A stretch of 64,000 nucleotides of DNA from Dehalococcoidia bacterium (lineage in GTDB: Bacteria > Chloroflexota > Dehalococcoidia > DSTF01 > WHTK01), in contig OZ240228.1 of the NCBI GenBank assembly GCA_965197795.1, positions 171,765-235,764 on the forward strand, in the 5' to 3' direction. A program made the position numbers and the translations under genes. The notes beneath the pieces are model-generated. The model did not search any database, was not told the origin of the DNA, and saw only the letters and a list, made by a program, of their open reading frames with translations. Positions 39,101-48,041 of the stretch are shown here, piece after piece (position 1 is the first letter of the stretch; every line of letters begins with the position of its first letter).

Positions 39101-39401
39101 GGTGGAGCAGATGCAAGTCGGCAATAAGGTCACAGTCGCGGGTTTAGTGGCGGTACGTCAGTCACCTGAGACGGCGAAGGGCTTCGTGTTCCACACATTG
39201 GAGGATTACGACGGCCTGGTTAATGTGATCACTGCACCGGGCCTGATCCCGAAGTTCCGCCGACTGATCGAAGCCGCCCCGGCGCTCATCGTGAACGGCC
39301 ACATCGAGCGTCAGGAGCGCTCCGTCAACGTCATCGCAGAGCGCTTCGAGGCTTTGCCGATCATCTCGGACGCAGAGCGGCGGGTGCACAACTTTGGATG
39401 A
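36135..39401 (+). CDS. dnaE2: Error-prone DNA polymerase DnaE2 (ImuC)
   Basis: MTYVELHCHSSFSLREGAS (PHP domain), followed by polIII-alpha palm/fingers and an OB-fold, with a ~1088 aa length typical of DnaE2. The start is at Met8 of the track ORF. The antisense ORF 37584..38879 is rejected. Confidence 0.9.
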   Translation: MTYVELHCHSSFSLREGASATEDLILQAKRLGYPALALTDHDSLAGAMQFAQAGKTWGVQAIIGAEITLAGSPPVETGGNSVKLRDETRRRPLEYHLTLLCETPRGYANLSRLLTRANLSSSRGEPRVRFEWLAEHAEGLIALSGCRKGEVAALIERNEAVVAREIAKRYRDVFGAANYFIELQDNLVYEDQSRNEGLVALARELGLGVVATNNVHYHVQERHRLHDVLVAVRHHTNLKEARPHLRANAEFYLKPSREMEHLFADLPHAVENTARIAERCRSFDLTRDLGYEFPDYDSGDDRNADEFLRDICYQKAREYYGSPLPEHVEIRILKELELIRTSKRAGFFLRLWDILRYAHDNEMPVRGRGSSVGSVVCFLLGLSGIDPIKYNLAVERFLSEGRPDSDVPDIDLDFGREARAEMFRHVFKEYTTERAAMVCTFIEYRYASAIRDVGKALGLPESQIDQVAKRMHSRFAGTLEKELSEMPEFATRMKFPIWQDFLRLVNELRGLPRHLSQHSGGMIISTSRIDEQVPVEAMAMPDRFICQWDKDSVADAGFIKLDFLGYPSLDQLERGLGYVEERYGHVVRPAKDISLDDANVYEMIQRGDVLGIVQIQSRAQIQVLLRIKVACIEDMIIQVALIRPGPIQGGAVHPYIARCLGQEDVEYDHPLLEPYLKETKGVFVYQEQVVQAAMMVAGFSSRQAEDLRRAMSRKRSREAMEALQDEFFAGAARNGVDAKTTGVIYDKILAFSSFGFPKSHAAAMAVTAFQVAWLKRYYPAEFYCALLNEQPMGFYSPEVIANDARRHGIEIRGVEVNQSGVECLIEDEPPSASGKPSVRLGYKYVKGLAESSYQRLDEEWGSGEYVSLWDFWKRTRLSREAIENLIQVGAFAWTGMHERELLWQLGAFYRPLGAQLPLEILNMGGTPKLPLDGQIEESMASREALPELREMTHNERVVTDLLISGMAVHGRSMDLVADQLHEGITPSRLVEQMQVGNKVTVAGLVAVRQSPETAKGFVFHTLEDYDGLVNVITAPGLIPKFRRLIEAAPALIVNGHIERQERSVNVIAERFEALPIISDAERRVHNFG

Positions 39402-39504
39402 TAAGAGAAAGGGTTCGGCTTTGATTCTGAGCGACTCGCCTTCTTCGCGAAATCCTCGAATGCCCGGCCGTCTACAGCCCCGCCAAACGTGCCATGATCG
39501 ACTC

Positions 39505-40209
39505 ATGACTGGCTCCGACGCACAACAGCCTGAATCACCAAGCAAGCTTGCGAACCGTCTATTCGCGCCCATCGCGTCGAACTACGATCACTGGTCTGAA
39601 TTGCTGAGCCTTGGCCAGGACCCGCGCTGGCGCCGCGAAATGGTAGCGCATCTCGATTTGCCTTCCGATGCTCAAGTGCTGGACGTTGCAGCTGGTACCG
39701 GACTGATCACTCGACTGCTCGAAGAGCGAGGACACAACGTGATCGCTCTCGACCTTACCCGCGAAATGCTCCATGGCGTCCGGCGGCTCGGCGCGAGTGC
39801 AGTGTTGGCGACGGCTGACGCCTTGCCTTTTCGGGACGCGACCTTCGACGGGCTTACCTTTGGCTATCTGCTTCGCTACGTTGCGACCCACCCGGAACTA
39901 TGCGGGAACTAGCGCGTGTGGTGCGGCCCGGCGGCGTCATTGGGATGGTCGAGTTCGGCCGGCCCCGTGGCGTCTGGGGGCCCGCCTGGTGGCTGTACAC
40001 ACGGGTTGGCCTGCCTGCAGCTGGTCTGTTAGCTGGGCGCGCCTGGGTGGCGGGTCGGTCTCTTCCTTGGCCCAAGTATCGAACGTTTCTACCGCCTCTA
40101 CCCTGGCGATTTGATTAAGGCGCTATGGACCGCGGCTGGGCTTACGGAAGTGCGTACTGCTAGGCGCTCGCTTGGCGGCGGACTTATCGTCTGGGCGCGG
40201 CGAGGGTGA
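39505..40209 (+). CDS. UbiE/MenG-type class I SAM-dependent methyltransferase, C-terminal third frameshifted twice
   Basis: FAPIASNYDHWSELLSLGQDPRWRREMV...VLDVAAGTG (UbiE-type start and motif I). After ~39900 the continuation MRELARVVRPGGVIGMVEF (motif post-II) and then ...ERFYRLYPGDLIKALWTAAGL are in other frames. Confidence 0.55.
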
Positions 40210-40218
40210 CACGCAGCC

Positions 40219-40950
40219 ATGCGAGTGCGGATTGGACGACTCCAGCCGGCCTTTTACGGGCGGACAGGGCGTCCGTGGGGCGACGTTCTTACATTGCTCC
40301 ACCCTCCGTACACGGCATGGCACCTCTCGTACATCGTTTTTGGCGCATCTATCGCCAGCGACCTGGATCTCCTACGGCTTGCGGGCACCCTCGCGGCGTT
40401 CTTTCTCGGCACCGGCATCGCCGCACACGCGCTCGATGAGCTTCATTCGCGCCCTTTGGGCACGCGGCTCAGTAGCAGCGCGCTGCTCGGACTAGCTGTT
40501 GGCGGACTCGTAGGGAGCATGACGGTTGCTGTTGCGGGCGCCTTCATCATCTCCCCTTGGACGCTGGCTTGGGCGGCGGTCGGCATGCTTCTCGCAGTGG
40601 GCTACGTCCTCGAGTGGCACCGCATGCTTCACACTGATCTCGCGTTCGGCCTCTCATGGGGTGGCTTTCCCGTCCTGGTCGGCTTCTGGGCTCAGACTGA
40701 GCAGATTAGCTTGGCCGCGCTGCTCGTCGCGCTGATTGCGACGCTGCTAAGCCTTGCACAACGTGGCCTGAGCAAGCCCGCCCGGTACCTACGGCGAAAT
40801 GCGTTAGATGCTCACGTGCAGGTTGAGGGACCCACGGGGGTCGAGCGATGGTCCCGCGAGTACCTGCTCGCGACGTGGGAGCGCCCCTTGAAGCTGCTCG
40901 CTGCCGCCACGCTGACGTTGGCGATGGGCCTTCTTATAGTGCGGGCGTGA
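40219..40950 (+). CDS. Hypothetical polytopic membrane protein (6-7 TM)
   Basis: 243-aa ORF. It lacks the Asp-rich NDxxDxxxD/DxxxD motifs, so UbiA prenyltransferase was considered and not supported. Confidence 0.45.
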   Translation: MRVRIGRLQPAFYGRTGRPWGDVLTLLHPPYTAWHLSYIVFGASIASDLDLLRLAGTLAAFFLGTGIAAHALDELHSRPLGTRLSSSALLGLAVGGLVGSMTVAVAGAFIISPWTLAWAAVGMLLAVGYVLEWHRMLHTDLAFGLSWGGFPVLVGFWAQTEQISLAALLVALIATLLSLAQRGLSKPARYLRRNALDAHVQVEGPTGVERWSREYLLATWERPLKLLAAATLTLAMGLLIVRA

Positions 40951-41056
40951 CGGTTGCTTCTGTGCCGACGTCGCGAGTGACATGATTTACACATCGTGTT
41001 AATGACGAAAGCGAATGTCGGCGTCAATTTATAGTGCATAGATGCTACAAGCGCGG

Positions 41057-42274
41057 CTACTCTAACGAGCGAAGGTCTACGGATTCATCCTGCAGTTGAG
41101 GGACATCGAGGAGTCGCTGAGACGCAATTAGAGGAATCGCACGCCGGAGATCTCTGGCACGGTTTACCGCGACGGCAGCAACCATTACGCCATGCTGGAG
41201 ATAAAACGTAACGAACTCCCGGTCTTCGGGGCTTCCTCGCGTTACGAGTTCATCCGCTTCACCATGAAAGCCAGCGTACTGAATGTTCAAGTTGAATTGG
41301 TCCGACCAAAACCAGTGGACCTCACGGTAGGGCTCTCCACGGCCCATCATGCTCTTGGCCGCTGCCGTGCCTTGGCGCATGGCGTTCTGCCAGTGCTCAA
41401 CGCGTATATGGCGACCTAGTAGGGGATGAAAATGATTGGCTACATCGCCGGCGGCAAACACACCATCCAGACTTGTGCGGCAGTACTCGTCAACCACGAT
41501 ACCGTTGTCGAGTGAGACATCCGTGTCTGTGAGTAGATCGGTGACCGGCTCGATTCCCACGCCGAACACCACGAAGTCGCATTCGAGTCGTTGACCGTTG
41601 CGTGTGACGACGCTTTGCACTCGACCGTCGCCCTCAAAGGCCTCCACGAAGTCGCCAAAGTGCATCTTGACGCCGTGATCGCGGTGGACGGACTCAACAA
41701 GTCGACTGAGTTCCTCTCCGAGGGCGCCTCCCAGGGGTAGATCCAGACCCTCAACGACGGTTACGTCCAGGCCCATTTCGCTCAGAGAAGCGGCGACTTC
41801 TGAGCCAATAAAGCCCATGCCAACGACTACGACGCGGGCACCCGGTTGCGCCTCCGAGCGAATGCGGTTCGTGTCCGCGATTGTTCTGAGGTCATGCACC
41901 CCTTCCAGGTCGATGCCCGGTATCGATAATCGCCGGTTGCGGCCGCCGGTGGCGATTAGCAGGTTGTCGTAGGGAACAAGCCTGCCGTCAGCGAGTTCCA
42001 CAACCTTGCCCGCCGGATCCACGAGGGTTGCGGGCACTCCAAGTAGGGTCTCTATGCTGTTGGACGCGTAGAAGTCAGCGGGTTGCAGCAGCATTTTGTC
42101 TACCGGCATCTCGCCTCGTAGATATTGCTTCGATAGAGGAGGACGTTCGTAAGGCAACTGTGGCTCAGCGCCGATCAGCACAATCCTGCCGTCGAATCCC
42201 TCCTGGCGAAGGCCAAGAGCCGCGCTGCCGCCGGCGAGATTCGCGCCGACGATAACAAAAGTCTCCGGCATCAA
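41057..42274 (-). CDS. FAD-dependent NAD(P)H:ferredoxin oxidoreductase (putidaredoxin/rubredoxin reductase family)
   Basis: VIVGANLAGGSAA (FAD GxGxxG) and a second Rossmann motif VVVGMGFIGSEVA (NAD). The 405-aa length fits CamA/BphA4-type reductases. Confidence 0.85.
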   Translation of the reverse strand: MMPETFVIVGANLAGGSAALGLRQEGFDGRIVLIGAEPQLPYERPPLSKQYLRGEMPVDKMLLQPADFYASNSIETLLGVPATLVDPAGKVVELADGRLVPYDNLLIATGGRNRRLSIPGIDLEGVHDLRTIADTNRIRSEAQPGARVVVVGMGFIGSEVAASLSEMGLDVTVVEGLDLPLGGALGEELSRLVESVHRDHGVKMHFGDFVEAFEGDGRVQSVVTRNGQRLECDFVVFGVGIEPVTDLLTDTDVSLDNGIVVDEYCRTSLDGVFAAGDVANHFHPLLGRHIRVEHWQNAMRQGTAAAKSMMGRGEPYREVHWFWSDQFNLNIQYAGFHGEADELVTRGSPEDREFVTFYLQHGVMVAAVAVNRARDLRRAIPLIASQRLLDVPQLQDESVDLRSLE

Positions 42275-42327
42275 TAGAAATGTTTCTCCTTGGGAGGAAG
42301 CAGTCAGACTAATTCAAGGCCGGAGGC

Positions 42328-42639
42328 CTAGCCAAGGTCGACCGATACGTCCTGTCCGTTCACCTCGACCGGGTATACGGCTATGGGATCAGTCGCAGGC
42401 GGCGCGGTGTTCTGACCGGTGAGGATGTTGAACTTACTGCCATGACAGAGGCACTCGACTTCCTGGCCGTTTACCTCCCCCTCCTCGCTGAGGAGGCATT
42501 CCTCATGCGGACATACGTCGGAGGTCGCCACCGGCTTGCCGTCTACCAGGTAGAGGGCAACCTTGGTATCTCCCAACTCGACGCCCGTGACTTTGTCGGC
42601 GGATAGATCAGATAGTCCTGCCGCACGTCGGAATGGCAT
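42328..42639 (-). CDS. Rieske [2Fe-2S] ferredoxin (oxygenase electron-transfer component)
   Basis: CPHEECLLSEEG...CLCHGSKF (CxH...CxxH). The real start is Met101 of the track ORF (103 aa), and the gene lies directly downstream of the reductase. Confidence 0.75.
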   Translation of the reverse strand: MPFRRAAGLSDLSADKVTGVELGDTKVALYLVDGKPVATSDVCPHEECLLSEEGEVNGQEVECLCHGSKFNILTGQNTAPPATDPIAVYPVEVNGQDVSVDLG

Positions 42640-42763
42640 TTCAGACTCTCCTAACTTGCAATTGAAACTTGAGCTGTGTTGCACAGGCCAGCGCTGAGAT
42701 TCTAGCTCAACTTTCCAAAACTCGACTGCTTGTGGCCCGGCCCACGCCGTATTCTTTAGTGAG

Positions 42764-43471
42764 TTGTCAGAGAGGATTGATTCCTTGCAGCCTCCCAAAC
42801 TAGTCGCAATACCTGGCGGACAGGCCGTCGTGGGCTGCGACGCGGGTCGTCCCGACGAGCGGCCAGCGCACAGGGTGACGCTGAGGTCCTTTTGGACCGC
42901 TTGCCGTCCCGTAAGCAACCACGAGTACCTAGCCTTCATCTCAGCAACCGGATACCGGGCACCCCTCTTCGCAGAAGACGAGAGGTTTTCGCCACTCGCA
43001 CAGCCAGTCGTCGGAGTGAGTTGGCACGACGCTGTCGCCTATTGCCGTTGGTTGGAATCTGTTACAGGGATAGCCGTCCGGCTACCGACCGAGGCAGAGC
43101 GTGAATACGCAGCCCGGGGTGGCCTCCACGGTGCTGTCTGGCCCTGGGGTGAAGAGGCGCCTGAGCAGCGCAAGAGCATTCAAGAGATCGCTCAATTAGA
43201 GCAGCCCCATATCCCAACCTCCATTTGCAGCAATGGCTACGGTCTGATGTGCATGGCGGACAACGTTCACGAATGGTGCGCCAACTGGTACGTGTCGGAC
43301 TACAATCGCTCTTTGGGAGCAGAGTTGCCACAAGACCCTCCGGCGGTCGAACGCAGAGCGAGTCGCGGAGGCAGCTGGCGTCACCAAATCAAGTTCACTC
43401 GAGTCTCAGCGCGGTCCAGTCTGAATCCATGTTTCAGGTACAACGATTACGGATTTCGCGTCTACGTGTAA
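42764..43471 (+). CDS. Formylglycine-generating-enzyme (FGE-sulfatase/SUMF1/EgtB-C-terminal) domain protein
   Basis: FGE-fold blocks HRVTLRSFW, PVVGVSWHDAVAYCRWL, RLPTEAEREYAARGG, RGGSW...GFR. There is no DinB N-domain. 235 aa (the start may be internal). Confidence 0.7.
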   Translation: MSERIDSLQPPKLVAIPGGQAVVGCDAGRPDERPAHRVTLRSFWTACRPVSNHEYLAFISATGYRAPLFAEDERFSPLAQPVVGVSWHDAVAYCRWLESVTGIAVRLPTEAEREYAARGGLHGAVWPWGEEAPEQRKSIQEIAQLEQPHIPTSICSNGYGLMCMADNVHEWCANWYVSDYNRSLGAELPQDPPAVERRASRGGSWRHQIKFTRVSARSSLNPCFRYNDYGFRVYV

Positions 43472-43786
43472 CGGGGTGAGTCTGAGTCCAGTCCTCGCTA
43501 TCGTGCGAGGAGCTACGGAAGAGGGCGATCGCGCCAAGACTCATAGAATCTGCAACAGTGAGTTTGGGTCGCGACCACGATGCCGTCATAGTACGAGTTC
43601 GTGAAGAACGTCCCGCGGATGAGACGAGGCCGCTTCATTCTGACCTGGTGCGAACCGGATCTCTCGACATCAACTGGACCAGTGGCCCGGTCAACGTCAT
43701 GCAGTTGGTCGACACCTAGAAGACGGACGAACGGACATTAACGTATGTTTGTAACCGTAGATGTCCGTCAGTTGGTTGGAGATGCT

Positions 43787-45016
43787 ATGCAGAGAGTAAT
43801 GCTGCTGATCCCTGGCTCCAGTTATCGAGCAACGGACTTTATGCAGGCGGCTGCCAAACTCGATATTACGGCAGTCGTTGGCAGCGACGAGTGGAACCCG
43901 CTGCAAGACGTGCAGCCCGGCAATTATGCTGAGCTCAACTTCACTGATGTGGACAAAGGCGTTGAACGACTAGAGGCGTTTGCCCGCGAGTACCCGCTAG
44001 ATCGGGTCATCGCTGTCGACGATTCCGGTGTCCGACTGGCCGCTCAAGCTTCCCGTCGCCTTGAGTTGCCGCATAACTCTGTCTCCTCTGTCGAGGCAAC
44101 ACGCAACAAAGCGCTGCTTAGAGAAAGATTGGCCGCCGCCGGCATACCTTCTCCCACCTTTGAGGTGGCCGCCACGGGTAGCCAGGCTCGCCTTCTGACG
44201 CAGGGCTTACGTTTCCCCGTTGTCTTGAAACCGCTTGCCTTATCCGCTAGCCGTGGCGTGATCCGTGCGAATGACAGCGATCAATTCGAGAGCGCATTCG
44301 CCCGAATAGCCCAGATTCTCTCCGACCCTCGCAGCGTCGAAGAGTGCGGCCAACTGTCAGACCAATTCCTTATCGAGGGCTACATCCCTGGTATCGAAGT
44401 GGCGCTGGAAGGGCTCCTTACTGATGGAAGGCTACGCAAACTGGCCATCTTCGACAAACCGGATCCCCTCGAAGGGCCGTTCTTCGAAGAAACAATCTAT
44501 GTCACTCCTTCTCGCCTGCCGAATGGCGACCAGGGCCTCGTTGTAGAGATGGCTGAGCGATCCGCTGCCGCAATTGGCCTGAGAGACGGCGCGATCCACG
44601 TCGAGCTACGACTCAATGATGATGGTGTCTTCCCTGTGGACATAGCAGCGCGATCCATTGGCGGGCTCTGCTCTCGCGCTCTGAAGTTCGAGAACGGGCT
44701 CTCCTTAGAAGAATTAATCCTGCGCAACGCCATCGGTTCTGAAGTCTCTTTCGAAAGAGAGGCCGATGCGGCTGGTGTAATGATGCTCCCTATCCCCAAG
44801 GGTGGCATCCTTCGAGGCGTGGCTGGCGTAGAACTCGCCAAAGCTGTCCCACTGGTTGAATCTGTAGAAATCACAAGTCGGCCCGGGAATCTCCTAGTAC
44901 CCTTGCCCGAAGCGGGCGATTACCTGGGATTCATTTTTGCTCGCGGTAAAGGGCCTCAGGAGGTTGAGGTTGCGCTTCGCGAGGCACACCGGCTGCTTGA
45001 ATTCGACATCGACTAA
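43787..45016 (+). CDS. ATP-grasp enzyme, L-amino-acid-ligase/carboxylate-amine-ligase-like
   Basis: A pre-ATP-grasp N-domain, a central domain (NKALLRERLAAAGIPSP...VVLKPLALSASRGV) and a C-terminal Mg/ATP site (IHVELRLNDDG...PVDIAARSIG). About 410 aa from Met15 of the track ORF. Confidence 0.7.
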   Translation: MQRVMLLIPGSSYRATDFMQAAAKLDITAVVGSDEWNPLQDVQPGNYAELNFTDVDKGVERLEAFAREYPLDRVIAVDDSGVRLAAQASRRLELPHNSVSSVEATRNKALLRERLAAAGIPSPTFEVAATGSQARLLTQGLRFPVVLKPLALSASRGVIRANDSDQFESAFARIAQILSDPRSVEECGQLSDQFLIEGYIPGIEVALEGLLTDGRLRKLAIFDKPDPLEGPFFEETIYVTPSRLPNGDQGLVVEMAERSAAAIGLRDGAIHVELRLNDDGVFPVDIAARSIGGLCSRALKFENGLSLEELILRNAIGSEVSFEREADAAGVMMLPIPKGGILRGVAGVELAKAVPLVESVEITSRPGNLLVPLPEAGDYLGFIFARGKGPQEVEVALREAHRLLEFDID

Positions 45017-45074
45017 GACTTTAGATTCCAAGTGCCCGGTCGAGCGGAGCTAACTGCTCCGTTGTTGGCTCAGC

Positions 45075-46451
45075 TCAACAGAACCAGCCTTCTGTCAATC
45101 CAGGCACAACTCTCTTGGGCTGTGGTACAAGCACGGTTGGGTCGTCCCGACCAGTCAGCATGCGACTCGTGGCGTGCTTCACCTTGCCAAAGGTGACTTC
45201 GTAGGCCTCTCCGTGCGACTCGCTCTCCGAGGCGGTAGCTGCCTCGACGATGCTAGCCACCTCGGCCTGTAACTTGAAGATACGTGGATCAGGATTCGAC
45301 CATGTGTAGGTCAAGGCATCAGGGTCCAGCGGCCCGAGGAGGCCTTGAGCATCGACGACTTCAATGAGCGGGGAACCGGGCGGGATCAAAAGCTTCAGCG
45401 CGTACTGAACTGGCTGGACGTGCCGAACCAGTCCATTGTGCTCGACGAACTCCAATAGTTCACTAAAGTCCTCCAGGCTCACCCAGGGAGTAAAGGCGAC
45501 CCAGGTCGGTCTTAGGACGAGGCCGACGCGGTCGAGCATTGCGACGGCTCGATCCAAGTCCTCCCGCGTGTGCCCCTTTTGCAGCGTGCTGAGGATGTCG
45601 TCATTAGTAGACTCAAACGCGGATGTTACAAACAAGCAGCCAAGATCTCTTAGTCGCGGCAGTAATTCTTCGTATTCGAGCAAGTGCTCGACCTTGATCG
45701 TGACATCGAAGGTTGCGTCCGGATGACGCCGGTGAAGTTCCTCGACGATGCTCAACGAGTGCGGGAGCGCGTTTAAGAAATCGGGGTCTCCGAAGGTGAT
45801 GTGACGGGCGCCCATCGTCACCAGCTGGTCAATGTCGGCGAGGACAGTCTCTTTCTGTACCAGGCGCAGTCGGCCAGCGTATACAGACGTAATGGGGCAA
45901 TGTGTGCAGGTGTGGGCACAGCCGCGGGAAGCCTCCACGTACCCGGCCAGCCTCATGTCACCATCGAGGTCAAGGCGCGCGTAGTCATCGAGATGAGGCA
46001 GGCCTCGGCGATCTGGGGTGAGGTAAGCCTGGCGGCTGAAGAGAGGGACGGCGCCAACGCCGGCCAAAACTCCGCCACCTTCACAAGCCAGGTTCCGGGC
46101 CAAGGCCTCAAGACCAATCTCGTATTCTCCACCGATTACCGAATCGGCCAACCCAGAGCTCATGAGCAGGTCGTGCAAGGGTGATGCGTAGAGGCCGTAA
46201 AAGGCGATGTGTAGATTCGCGTCTATCTGCCTGATTCGCCGGGCCAACTCTATGCCGAGACGGGAGGCAGTGTGCATCGGGATCGAGATGCCGACCAACT
46301 CGGCCTCTGCGAACAGGCCTGGCTCCAGCGTCTGGACGGACAAATCCAGGCAATCGACGTCGTGGCCGGCGCTCCGAAGCACCGCAGCGGGCGCCGCAAG
46401 CCCCAAGGGCTGATGCCCCATCTCGTAGGTAGAAACGAGGAGGACTCGCAC
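45075..46451 (-). CDS. B12-binding domain radical SAM protein
   Basis: The N-terminal cobalamin-binding Rossmann-like domain (MRVLLVSTYEMGHQPLGLA) is followed by the CAHTCTHC CxxxCxxC motif. Confidence 0.85.
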   Translation of the reverse strand: MRVLLVSTYEMGHQPLGLAAPAAVLRSAGHDVDCLDLSVQTLEPGLFAEAELVGISIPMHTASRLGIELARRIRQIDANLHIAFYGLYASPLHDLLMSSGLADSVIGGEYEIGLEALARNLACEGGGVLAGVGAVPLFSRQAYLTPDRRGLPHLDDYARLDLDGDMRLAGYVEASRGCAHTCTHCPITSVYAGRLRLVQKETVLADIDQLVTMGARHITFGDPDFLNALPHSLSIVEELHRRHPDATFDVTIKVEHLLEYEELLPRLRDLGCLFVTSAFESTNDDILSTLQKGHTREDLDRAVAMLDRVGLVLRPTWVAFTPWVSLEDFSELLEFVEHNGLVRHVQPVQYALKLLIPPGSPLIEVVDAQGLLGPLDPDALTYTWSNPDPRIFKLQAEVASIVEAATASESESHGEAYEVTFGKVKHATSRMLTGRDDPTVLVPQPKRVVPGLTEGWFC

Positions 46452-46456
46452 CAGCC

Positions 46457-47074
46457 TTACTTCTTTGTGGGTTGGTAGTAGGGGTTTTCGCCGGACGCGT
46501 GGTCAGTTTGGTCCACGACTCGTTCGATCTCGGAGACAGCTTCGACGATGGTGGCTTCGATCCCTTGCTTCAACGTGACGTCCGCCATGCCGCAGCCCTG
46601 ACAACCCCCGCCTAGCTCTATGACGGCAGTTGTGCCTTCGACGTGAAGGAGATCCATGTAACCGCCGTGTGCTGCGATCGCTGGGTTGAGTTGATCATCG
46701 ATAATGTGCTGAATTTTTGCTTCAATTGCGCCCCACCACAGGGGGTTCGGGTTAGTAAACTCCAGGCCGCTACGGTCTTCCCCTTTGTAGCGGTAGTGGA
46801 CCTGTACAGCGCTGAGGTAAGCGGCATTCTTTCCCTCTACGAAGATCGGGACAGGCAGGCCTGGCTCCGCCAAGGGTAGGTCTCCCTCCGTCTCTTTCCC
46901 TTGTTCGACAAGACTCAATACATGCTCGAACCTGCCATGCACCCTGCCGGTGATCTGGAGACGCAGACCGGCAACAGGGCTCGGGCTATTGCCGACGACC
47001 TCACGCAGTTTCGCGATTGCGTCATCCGTCAAGCTGACAGATGGCTCTGCGGATTGCTGCCTGGTGTCAGTCAT
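46457..47074 (-). CDS. NfuA-like Fe-S cluster carrier (degenerate A-type N-domain + Nfu C-domain)
   Basis: The C-terminal GGCQGCGMADVTLKQGIE matches the Nfu CxxC motif. The N-terminal ~100 aa are HesB/IscA-like without the full Cys triad. Confidence 0.65.
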   Translation of the reverse strand: MTDTRQQSAEPSVSLTDDAIAKLREVVGNSPSPVAGLRLQITGRVHGRFEHVLSLVEQGKETEGDLPLAEPGLPVPIFVEGKNAAYLSAVQVHYRYKGEDRSGLEFTNPNPLWWGAIEAKIQHIIDDQLNPAIAAHGGYMDLLHVEGTTAVIELGGGCQGCGMADVTLKQGIEATIVEAVSEIERVVDQTDHASGENPYYQPTKK

Positions 47075-47306
47075 TTCTCACCTCGGGATCTGGTCCCCCT
47101 GCTAAACGCCGTTACTAGTTTACGCCCTAAGAGCGCTTCAGATTATGCGCGGATGGCGTCACGGGCAGGTTGACAAGTGGGGTAGCTTCGCAACGAGGCC
47201 TCTTTGTTGAGCTGGATCTTCGATTTTGTGAGGGACTTCAGCGCGTGTATAGTCTTAACAGACTGTCCAGTGGGGGCATCGTTACCAGAGTATCGAGGTT
47301 GCACAA

Positions 47307-48014
47307 ATGGACAAGGTAGAGAAAGTCAATGAATTACTCGGTCTGCGGATCCCAGCCGTCGCTGTGTCGTTTCTCGACGAGCCGCCGACTGGGTTACGTG
47401 CCTGGGATGGGCCACCTCAGCCTGCCGGTTGTGCCTTTTGGCGTTGGGCAGCTGAGGGGCGCGCCTTCTACACTGAACCGTCCGACCACTACAACTGCGC
47501 GATAGGCTCCTACACCCACGCAATCGACCTGCCACCTGCGCGATCCAGTGAACTGGACGAGACGGTAAAGATGATGGTAAGGGCCAGCTACCTTCGAACT
47601 TCAGAAGTGCCCGAGATACCACGGCTAGCTCAGACGCCAAACTTTATAGCCTATGGTCCTGCGGACGACCCCGGCTTTCAGCCCGATGTGGTGTTGATGA
47701 CTGCGACGCCGCATCAAGCGATGCTGATTTACGAAGCCACTATGCGAGCCGGTCTCAGTTCTCCGATCAGCAACATCATGGGTCGGCCAACCTGCGCCGT
47801 CTTGCCTCTAACATTGAGCAGGAATTCACCAGGTGTGTCGCTTGGATGTGCTGGTAACCGCGTTCACACAGGACTTGGTGATCATGAGCTTTACGTTTCG
47901 ATCCCAGGAGCGAATTGGTCCGCATTCAAAGCCAGCCTCCTGGAGATTCTCGTGGCGAACCGAACCATGATTGAGTTTTACGAGGAGAAGGAGAAGACAG
48001 GCGGTGTCTCTTAA
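47307..48014 (+). CDS. DUF169-family protein
   Basis: 235-aa ORF. VAVSFLDEP...GCAFWRWAAEGRAFYTE...NCAIGSYTH pattern recalled from DUF169; a by-memory assignment. Confidence 0.5.
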   Translation: MDKVEKVNELLGLRIPAVAVSFLDEPPTGLRAWDGPPQPAGCAFWRWAAEGRAFYTEPSDHYNCAIGSYTHAIDLPPARSSELDETVKMMVRASYLRTSEVPEIPRLAQTPNFIAYGPADDPGFQPDVVLMTATPHQAMLIYEATMRAGLSSPISNIMGRPTCAVLPLTLSRNSPGVSLGCAGNRVHTGLGDHELYVSIPGANWSAFKASLLEILVANRTMIEFYEEKEKTGGVS

Positions 48015-48041
48015 GCCTCCGGTCTCCCGTCACGGTCGCTC

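Noticed and set aside
40219-40950. UbiA/MenA prenyltransferase call for the membrane protein next to the UbiE-like methyltransferase
   Set aside because: It is too short (243 aa) and lacks both Asp-rich motifs (NDxxDxxxD, DxxxD); kept as hypothetical membrane protein.
43471-43787. Short ORFs between the FGE gene and the ATP-grasp gene as possible RiPP precursor (e.g. 33-aa MRRGRFILTWCEPDLSTSTGPVARSTSCSWSTP)
   Set aside because: There is no RBS and no leader/core organisation. The composition looks like out-of-frame GC-rich sequence, and the ATP-grasp resembles free amino-acid ligases, not graspetide ligases. Left as a check item only.
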